Of a DNA stretch of 64,000 bases, positions 55,385-64,000 are shown piece by piece; positions within the stretch are counted from its first letter, which is position 1; every line of letters begins with the position of its first letter. The translations under genes were made by a program, and so were the position numbers. The notes beneath the pieces are model-generated. The model saw only the letters and a list, made by a program, of their open reading frames with translations, was not told the origin of the DNA and made no database searches. Origin of the DNA: Eledone cirrhosa (taxonomy: Eukaryota); contig OZ024741.1 of NCBI GenBank assembly GCA_964016885.1, positions 384,648,001 to 384,712,000 of the forward strand. The letters are read 5' to 3'.

Positions 55385-55999
55385 GAGACAGAGAGAGAGA
55401 TAAGAGGAGAGGATAAACTAGTGCGAGAGAGAGAGAGAGAGAGAGAAGAAAGAAACAAGAGAAGATGAATATGAATCCATATAACGTTAATTTGAGGGAA
55501 ATATATTCTAAGTATATATATTCTTAATAGTACGTGTATTTACGATTATTAGTTGTTTAAAATTTGTTTATAATATAATTGTTTCTATTTTTGGCACAAG
55601 GCCAGCAATTACCCAGTACATTACTGGTACTTTATTTTATCGACTCCGTAAGGATGAAAGGCAAAGTTAACCTCGGCGGGATTTGAACTCATAATATAAT
55701 ATTTTTCTTCTGTTATAAGTAGATAAATAAATAAATAAATAAATAAATGGGTATATCATGTTATAGATAATTTATGAGGGATATTGGTTTTGTATTTAAT
55801 GTAAATAAATATTAAGTTAAATTAAATTAAATTAAATTAACCGAGTTAATAAGAATATTTATATTTATATGATTTAAAATGGGAAGATACGGAAAAAACT
55901 CCGGTTTAATTTATTTATTCGTTAGTGTGAGACTATTTAGTTAAAATAAGTATAGATGTTGAAAGATACATTTAGTCAGAACCAGTTAGTGGTTATAGA

Positions 56000-56100
56000 T
56001 CTATTGAAAAATATTGAAAAAATATTGATGAAGTATTGAAAAAATATTGAAAAAGTATTGAAAAAATATTGAAAAATATTGAAAAATTTGAGAAAGTTTA
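56000..56100. repeat. Short AT-rich minisatellite (TATTGAAAAA)n
   Basis: About 8 units of 11-12 bp. Confidence 0.8.
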
Positions 56101-56566
56101 AAAATATTTTTTTATAAGAGATAAGTAATTTTTAAAGAAATAAAAATAAAGAAATACGAATTATTAAAATAAAAATAAAAATTAAAATAAAAAAAAAAGA
56201 TTAGAATTATATACGTATATATTTTATGAAACTTTAAGAAGTGTAATTACAACAAATGTTATAGATATTATGATTTAGAGATATCAATATATTAAAAACA
56301 AGTGGAAATAAGTAGAATTATTATAAGTATAATTATAAGTTATATATAGTTCTGAATGTTGAATTCTGGCGATGTCTACAAGAATTAAATAAATTCGTTC
56401 TTAGATTAATAGAGTTTTTACATTTAAATATGAAAAACATTTCCTCAATACACAATTTGCAGAATCTAGATAAAGCTGTGTTTCGGTATGCGGGTGGTTT
56501 TTGAAATTGTTTCCCAAGCTAATGAATAGTCCATATTCTTGCATTTTAAGTTCCATATCAGGTTTG

Positions 56567-56653
<87 letters not shown>

Positions 56654-57700
56654 ACGCGCACGCGCACACGCACGCACACGCCCCCCCCCCACACACACAC
56701 ATATTTAATTAAGGTGTTCGCTCCAACAAAGCTGTATACATATCAGTAATGATATAAGGGTATGTTTACGAACGAACATTTGGAAGCCTTTAGCTATGAA
56801 CTTTGGAAGCTGGTGGCGTATATACACGCGTAAATAAACAATTAGAGTGCCGTGAATTGAAATTCTGAGTAAATGTAGAACATTTCAAACACAAATTAGA
56901 CAATTGTGTAAAATATATTTGAAGACCGCTACAGAGAAACAAACTCTGTAACCTCGCACATTCTGACTGAGCGCTCTGTACCACTGAATTAAACGACAAT
57001 TGTCATCTAGATATAAGCAAAATAATATTTAGCGGCAGCTGGCCTCTTTTCCCCGTCTTTAGGCGTAACTAGACCACCCCTGAGCCTTTGGGCCACTTTC
57101 ACTTAAAAATATTATTTTAAAAATCATGTTCACTTAAAAATAATTTTCAAATAATTAAAATATACACGGACATGTATTGAATGTAAAATGAAATTGGAAG
57201 GCCCATACATCTTTTCACCACTTGATAATTTGTGTGTGAGACACGTTGTCTGAGGGCTTCTGACAGGAACTAATAGATTGATTCTTTTTAGCTTCCCGTC
57301 CCCACGTAAAATTTGTAAATCAGTGGCTAGTTGAGAGATAGAGTCCTATCGGTTGCCAGTTAATCGCTTTACCGTGTCAGTTGTCACAAACAGTCATGAC
57401 CGGCACGGGCCGGTGTTTGGATTATGTCGATCGATTGGTTATTGATTAGGCGATACCCGCTGGTGAAGCCGATTGTGCATTGTTGCATAATATATGCAGA
57501 CAGATGGTGCAGTGCACCTTACTGCTGCATTAGTGCGGCAGAAACTCGAGTCCGGGAACCTTATAGGCACCCGTTTTACGTGTGTTGTGTTGAGGCAAAT
57601 AAGTATGGGTATACTCTGGTAATGTATCTTACATTGCCCATTGAGTGCGCTGAGATACAACCGGTACTGGCATTGATAAATATGCTGTGTCCGTCAACCC

Positions 57701-57800
<100 letters not shown>

Positions 57801-57852
57801 TAAAATAAAATAAAATAAATAAGTCAAATGTTTAAAATTTGGCTTCGTTTAT

Positions 57853-57909
57853 GACTGCTATATATATTTCGCTGACAGCCATCTTTGGCTGTGACCTCCT
57901 CAGGCAGTC
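57853..57909 (-). ncRNA. Type I hammerhead motif with a palindromic stem III
   Basis: GACTGC-CTGAGGA-GGTC-ACAGCCA-AAGA-TGGCTGT-CAGC-GAAA-TATATA-TA-GCAGTC. Confidence 0.8.
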
Positions 57910-58289
57910 CGAATTAGTGTGGTAGAGACGAGTACACATGTTGTTGAGGTGTTTAACTTTGTCAATACTCTGATATGCCCAGTTCCTGGTTGGGTTGTTA
58001 TTTCACTGAGGAACTGGATTCCAGTTCCTGAGTGAAATAACAACATTGTATTGTAATTCTCATATTATATTACCATGTTGTATTTAATGTATTTGTATTA
58101 TACTGTAATTTCAACGTTGGTTTGACATTTTACTAACTTTCTTACTCTATAGTCTATATTTGTAACTGCACACTTTTAGCTTTAGCATGCTTTTCCTTCA
58201 TATCTTTCATAAGCTTTCATGTATATGAATTCCCTATTCTTCTGAGTTTTGGCTTGTTCTGGCCGTTAATGCTTCTTATCTGTTTAATT

Positions 58290-58330
58290 GCCCTGATGAG
58301 TCCTTATTAATGGGACGAAACATTGTAGGC
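58290..58330 (+). ncRNA. Minimal type I hammerhead motif
   Basis: GCC-CTGATGA-GTCCT-TATTAAT-GGGAC-GAAA-CATTG-TA-GGC, followed by AATAAA. Confidence 0.8.
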
Positions 58331-58477
58331 TAATAAAGACTTTTGATGTATTGAAGGCTTCTTTGTCTATTTTTATAATTTTTCGGCTCTGTTGTATTAC
58401 ATTGAGCTATATCCTATACTGTCATTTCTATAATACGACGAGTGTGTTTTACTCCAACGCACTCTCGTATTTTAATT

Positions 58478-58528
<51 letters not shown>

Positions 58529-58909
58529 TCATCATCATCGTTTAACGTCTATCTTCCATGCTAGCATGGGTTAGACAGGAGTTGTCCCACTTGAGGCAAG
58601 GTTGGTCGGGTGACCGTGTCTCGCTCATATAGGACTATCTGACAGGTTTTCTATGGCTGGATGCCCTTCCTAACACCAACCACATTTACAGTGTGGACTG
58701 GGAACTTTTTACCGTGTTACCTACATGACCATATTACAGCGTGGACTGGGTTTTTTTTGTCGTGACACCTACACGATCTCATTAGTTCCAGTCTGCGCAG
58801 GTCCTCTGCACACAATGCTCACGTCTCACTGCCATGTAACATTGTTGTTCGTATACAAGCATCATGCCTTTCATTTTCAGAGAGAAACCTTTTGTGGCAA
58901 GGACGAGTG

Positions 58910-60150
58910 ATTACTCCTTCATTACATTTATTGGTTGCTGACGCGCGTTTCGCCACTGATCAGCTCAAGGTTCGATCTGTATCGATGTAGCCTGACTCTG
59001 TAATCCACGGCTCGTCAGATCCCTTTTAATGGTAATAAAAAGATGATTATACATGGCGTATGAGAAAGTCTGATGTTCCTATGGTGGTCAGTGAGGTTTG
59101 TTTTGATTGGTGGCTTAATTCAGAGAGATGTTTTTGGCTGTAGTGTATGTGGTGGGGGTGGGGGTGGTGATTAGTTGATGGTGCGGGGCATAGGTTGAGG
59201 TGAGTGGCGGTGTACGGCCTGCTGATTGTCGCTAGACAGTTTGACGTGTAGATGGGGGCTGATTTTTGTGTGGGGTGTGGTGTGGTGGTGGTGCGGTTTA
59301 AGATACTGGATGAAAGGTTGTGGTGTTTAGGGTGGGGTGTTAGGTGTGGAAATAGATTGTTAAGGGGACTCATGTTATAAGGAGTTAATGATCAGAGTGT
59401 ATGTAAAGGCATATAGATACATATATACACGCAGCCACTCACATATAGTATACACACATGTGTGTGTATATACACCCGTGTGGATACGTGGTGTGGGCGA
59501 GTGCGTAAACATACGTACACACACACATGCGGTGTTTAAGGTGGGGTGTTAGGTGTGGTATGTGTTGGTGAGGTTGCTGGTTGTGGATGTATGGCGATGT
59601 GTTTGCTGGTGAAGGTGGGGGTGATGAATGCGACATCACATTTACAGGATCGAATCTTACAATGGGTACATGTTAAAATATGACAGAGAAAACAATGGTA
59701 CTGAAATGAGAGGCGGTGTGGTAAGGCATTGGTGATTATCCCTATGTTGAGTTCAAGTCAGGGTTAGTCCTTGGCGTATGGCCGAATGTCTGTGCGGAGA
59801 AGGTGTTCTTCCTGATGTGTTATTTATTATTATGTCTGATCTCGAATTTATGGACGATTTCAATTTGACGATCTCGGCCGACTCGACCAGGCATAACCTG
59901 CAGTGGTTTCCGTCATTGGGGAATTGGGTCACGTGTCTCTTAACTGACCATTTGATCTGGTATCTCAGGTTCTTGTCTTTGAGGTCCCAAATCAAGCCCG
60001 CCAGTCTGGCTTGGGAGCGTTTGGGCCTGTGGTTGAAAGAGCTTTTGTGGTTATACCAACGCTCTTTAAATGTAGTCAAGGTCACGCCTATGTAGGAGTA
60101 TTCCTTTCGGCCGGCTGTGACATCGCACTGGTAAATAATGTTTTTATATA
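58910..60150 (-). mobile_element. PLE 3' fragment (Naiad-like GIY-YIG, 3' UTR and HHR)
   Basis: NIIYQCDV..YIGVT..FKERWYNHKSSF..IWDLKD..CRLCLVE. An HHR lies downstream on the same strand. Confidence 0.8.
58933..59023 (-). ncRNA. Type I hammerhead motif with an extended stem II and a weak stem I
   Basis: CTGACGA-GCCGTGGATTA...TGATCAGTGGC-GAAA-CGCGCG-TC, then AATAAA. Stem III is the palindrome ACGCGCGT and the triplet is GUC. Confidence 0.65.
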
Positions 60151-60299
60151 CACACATATATACACACACACACACACATAGAAACCCTACCTATTTAGCA
60201 GGAAATATGATACATATGACTTAATATTCAGTCACCAAATTCGAGCTAGATATAGTAATGGTGTATTCGATTTCTTGAAGCCACGTGTTATAATGTCAT

Positions 60300-60333
60300 T
60301 AAACTTTTTCTCTTCCATTTTCCTTCCCTGTCT

Positions 60334-60425
<92 letters not shown>

Positions 60426-60665
60426 CTCTCTTTCAATCTACTCCCTCACAACCACTATCTCTTCCTCTCTCTTTATTTATGAAGGTACTCGGAAAACCCC
60501 CATATCTTGGGAATCCGTGCTCTGATTTACGCAAAACTTGTTTTATTCCATTTGTATTCCCATTTCAGGCGCAACTTCTTTTCAAAGTATTTTGCTATTA
60601 TGCGCTGTTTTGGGTGTATTAAATTACAGACAAGCACACAATCACAGAGGTTTAGTAGTATATAA
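60300..60665 (-). mobile_element. Helitron-like 5' part, same family as 16207-16779
   Basis: Reverse-complement similarity to 16207-16475. Confidence 0.65.
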
Positions 60666-60864
60666 ATTTACCAAATTTTCTAAGCTATTATTTATAGCAC
60701 ACAAATGTTGAACAGTTATTTTCTGCGTTTGAAATGTTCTACATTTACTAAGAATACACACACACACACACTTTTATATATATATGTATATATATATATA
60801 AGTACTTATATTTAAGTAACAGCCGTACTAAGAGTGGGAAATGAAATTTCGTTTCATTTTTTCC

Positions 60865-60922
<58 letters not shown>

Positions 60923-60923
<1 letters not shown>

Positions 60924-62908
60924 ACGAGGGAATTGTGGTAAGGAACCAGGTGGACCATAACGCACCAGAGTACTCAATACTTATGGTAGTAGACTGGGTG
61001 ATAGGAAAAGGTATGACCCCGACGGCAGAGCTCAAGCCGTTTCGACGGCTATTTCAGGACTAAATTAGAATTGTTAGCCTGGTAAATAAATAGCCGAACT
61101 TATCAAGGGGAACTTCCTTATATGGGAAGATTGTAGTTGTCAAGAGTGGCTTCCGGGAGGAAATATCCTTTATCCAGCTTCCCTTCGCGGAACCAGCAGG
61201 CGACACCGCCGCTCACGCCATGTAACGTGGTTCAATCCTCCCCACAATGCCGAGGTGGCAACACCTATCGGGAAAATCTTCTTTAGGCTCCTCGAAAAAC
61301 ACTTCCCACCACAACACCGCTACCACAACATAATCAACAAAAACACCATCAAACTCTCCTACAGCACCACACCTAACTTCGCACAAAACATCGTCTCCTC
61401 AAACAACAAAAAATTCAACCCCTATGGAAGAAATAACCTAGACATCAGTGGAGAGCCGACCAGGAGGTGTAACTGCCATGATAGATCTACGTGCCCCTCA
61501 AAAACAAATGCCGAGAACGTAACGTGATCTACCAGTGCAACGTGAGGACGGACACTTCCAACAAAGCTTATATAGGATTAACCGCTTGTGACTTCAAGAC
61601 CCGACTTTACCAACACCGACATACTTTCCGTAACCCGGTTCGGCGATATGCCACTACACTTTCGGGCCACATCTGGGACCTCAAAGATAAGAATATAACC
61701 TACAATCTCACTTGGAGCTTATTGTCTAGAGCTAACCCTTACACGGGAGGACGCCGTCCGTGTAACTTATGCTCGGAGGAAAAATTACAAATGCTGTTTT
61801 CGAAGGACCAACTCCTAAACAAGAAAGACGAACTGGTAGCCGCATGCAAACACAGATTGCATAGGACCTACCTCGCCCTCAAACCCCATAACGACCCGGG
61901 TGGGTAGACAAGGGTTGATACCCCCCACTTGCCGAATAAGTTAGAGGAAACCCCTGCTTACATAGGTAGAAGTACCTCTTTTCTTTTCCTCTACGTTCCC
62001 CCCCCCGTCTCATTCTATCACTTCCTTCCACCCCGATCTTCTTCCTCGTCTGTCTTTCCCCTTTCGCCTACCCCGAGGCAGCCCATCGGTCCTCTGTCGC
62101 CTCAGTGATTTTAAGCCCCTGTAATTTTAAGATAGAATTGGCCGATTACGCTTTACTAACTATTTATAGCAGACGTGTTAGACCCCATGTAATTTCTTTT
62201 TTTTGTCACTACTCCATTTCTACAATTTCAATATTTCCCATTTAATAGTTTCTTCTCTCTACTTATTAACCTGTAATTGTAAGATAACATCGGCTGATTA
62301 CGCTTTACTAACTATTTATAGCAGCTGTGTTAGACCCTTGAAAAATTTGCATTATATTTTTCACGACCCACTTCTATCCTCTCTTATTTAGTATTTTACA
62401 CTCTCCACTTATTAAACTTTCTTATAGCTTTGCCGTACTAGCTACACCTACTAATTATAGCAGCTGTTTCTAGACTCTACTGTATTTGTTTTTTTCATTT
62501 CTCAATATTTAATTTTTTATATATATATATATTTTTATTTATTTTCATTGTCTTCGACTTACCTATTCTTTATACCCCCCCTCCTTTTCCTCAGAACATT
62601 CTTTCATACACTATCCTTGGAATCTGTTGTATAGATTTCACTTTCAACGCCTGACAGGCTTTACTCACTCCTTCTTTGTTCTACCGGCAAGTTCAGCCAC
62701 CCCCACCTCCCACCAAATACCATGACAGATCTACTTGTCTTTACAACAAAATTTGACCATTCCTCTTGACAACTACAATCTTCCCATATAAGGAAGTTCC
62801 CCTTGATAAGTTCGACTATTTATTTACCAGGCTAAAAATTCTAATTTAGTCCTGAAATAGCCGTCGAAACGGCTTGAGCTCTGCCGTCGGGGTCATACCT
62901 TTTCCTAT
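60923..62908 (+). mobile_element. PLE (Naiad-like), truncated to linker plus GIY-YIG, with an inverted 5' copy of its 3' end
   Basis: WFNPP..KHFP..KLSYS, CNCH....C, VIYQC..AYIGLT and CNLCSEEK. 61001-61146 is the reverse complement of 62763-62908. Flanks are (TA)n. Confidence 0.85.
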
Positions 62909-62935
62909 ATATGTATATATATATATATATATATA

Positions 62936-63636
62936 TTAGCAGTGCATCTCGGCGTTGCACGGGTAATAAGGTAATAGCACCTCCAATGAGAAACGTTTAT
63001 TTGTGAGTGCCTGTTAAAAACTCACGAAAATATACCGACAGGGAACTTGTTTTATTTGGAGAAAATTAAGAAGTTGAAAGTACAGTTTAGCTGTCTACGT
63101 GCATTGTTTATAGAAATATTGTTGAGCTCCTTCTTTTCATACTCCTCTGTTTTGGCCTATTGGAGTAAATGTGAAAGAGAAAGTCACAGGTTAAGTTGGC
63201 AGAAGGTTCCAGTGTCGTAGCAGTAAGGCGTAAGCTACTTACCTCAAAAGTTCATTCGCACTCTTTCCACTAAGTTACTCTTTCTCTCTATCCCTCTCGG
63301 TGCAGTTCCTTGCGAATTTCTCGCGTAGGCCTGGTGTATATTTGCACCCGATCCATCTGCCCGATGCACATGTCCACTTTGTACGGCTTTTGGAGGAAGG
63401 AGTGACCAGAAGTACGTTGTTCGGTATTATTACGAAAAGGTGTAGCAGAGAGTCCCGCGTGAACTAACAGCTCTGGAGGAAACTGCTTACCTCGAAGATT
63501 CATTCGCCATCGTTCTCGTCAACGTTCCGTTTAGTTGGTATTTGTTGGTCTACAGTTAGATGAATGGCGCACAAAGGGTTAATGTTTATTGGGAAGTAAT
63601 GGCAACTGGGCTGGCCTGCTTCGCTTATATTATATA
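62936..63636 (-). mobile_element. Probable non-autonomous Helitron
   Basis: The minus-strand end CCCGTGCAACGCCGAGATGCACTGCTAA|T resembles a hairpin plus CTRR. The start resembles TATATAATATAAGCG. Confidence 0.5.
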
Positions 63637-63841
63637 TTAAAATAACAGATTAAAGTTTAAGCAAAGAATCGCTGCTTTCACCCTTAACGGGATCTTCTGA
63701 AACTAAAAAAAAACAATCTGTGAGCGCAGAAGTAAATATTTCGAAAAACGTTGCAACCGAAGGAAAACAGGAAGACGATACTTTGGTTCGTAAAGACGTT
63801 CCCTGGCAATGAACGGAAAATAGCGAACATAATACGTCATC
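63636..63841 (-). mobile_element. Solo pLTR of the 33147-35997 family, with a CAGAAGA hammerhead-like motif at 63654-63704
   Basis: Clear similarity to 33150-33351; the HHR-like segment is nearly invariant. Confidence 0.8.
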
Positions 63842-64000
63842 AATGTTTGTCATAATGTCGTAATGTAGACAGCCAGACACACAGACAGATATTATAAGGG
63901 CGCGACGGAGATCGATAACCAGCGCCTAACACCCCTTTAACAACAGAAAATTGAAAAATAAAAGCTGCAGTTGATATCTTTAGACCGCAAGGAATATATA

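Noticed and set aside
62763-62908. Hammerhead in the pLTR of the 60923-62908 PLE (CTGAAAT..GAAA)
   Set aside because: There is no CUGANGA core, and the GAAA lies in the AGCCGT/ACGGCT hairpin. The stems cannot be put in register.

Overview
Repeat-dominated, AT-rich animal genomic DNA. The tRNA-derived SINE family and repeat landscape suggest a cephalopod such as Octopus (inference). One clear host gene is present: FRG1 with an uninterrupted CDS at 45197-45979 (+). The rest is decayed LINEs (two Tx1/L1-like copies, R4/Dong-type RLE LINEs, RTE fragments), about 13 SINE copies, non-autonomous Helitrons, Tc1 and hAT MITEs, a 2-kb minisatellite, long (TA)n tracts and a 200-N gap. The most striking signal is a dense set of Penelope-like elements (PLEs) and ORF-less derivatives, mostly inserted in (TA)n. 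By eye I find 11 type I hammerhead ribozyme (HHR) motifs with an intact CUGANGA/GAAA core. There are also 3 copies with a CAGAAGA core, 3 copies of a CUGAUAGA hammerhead-like motif in circularly permuted ~611-617-nt tandem units (retrozyme-like), and several decayed motifs. Many of these elements carry an inverted copy of their own 3' end, giving MITE-like foldbacks. In one family the sense segment starts exactly at the predicted cleavage site. All folding and alignment was done by eye; nothing was computed or searched.
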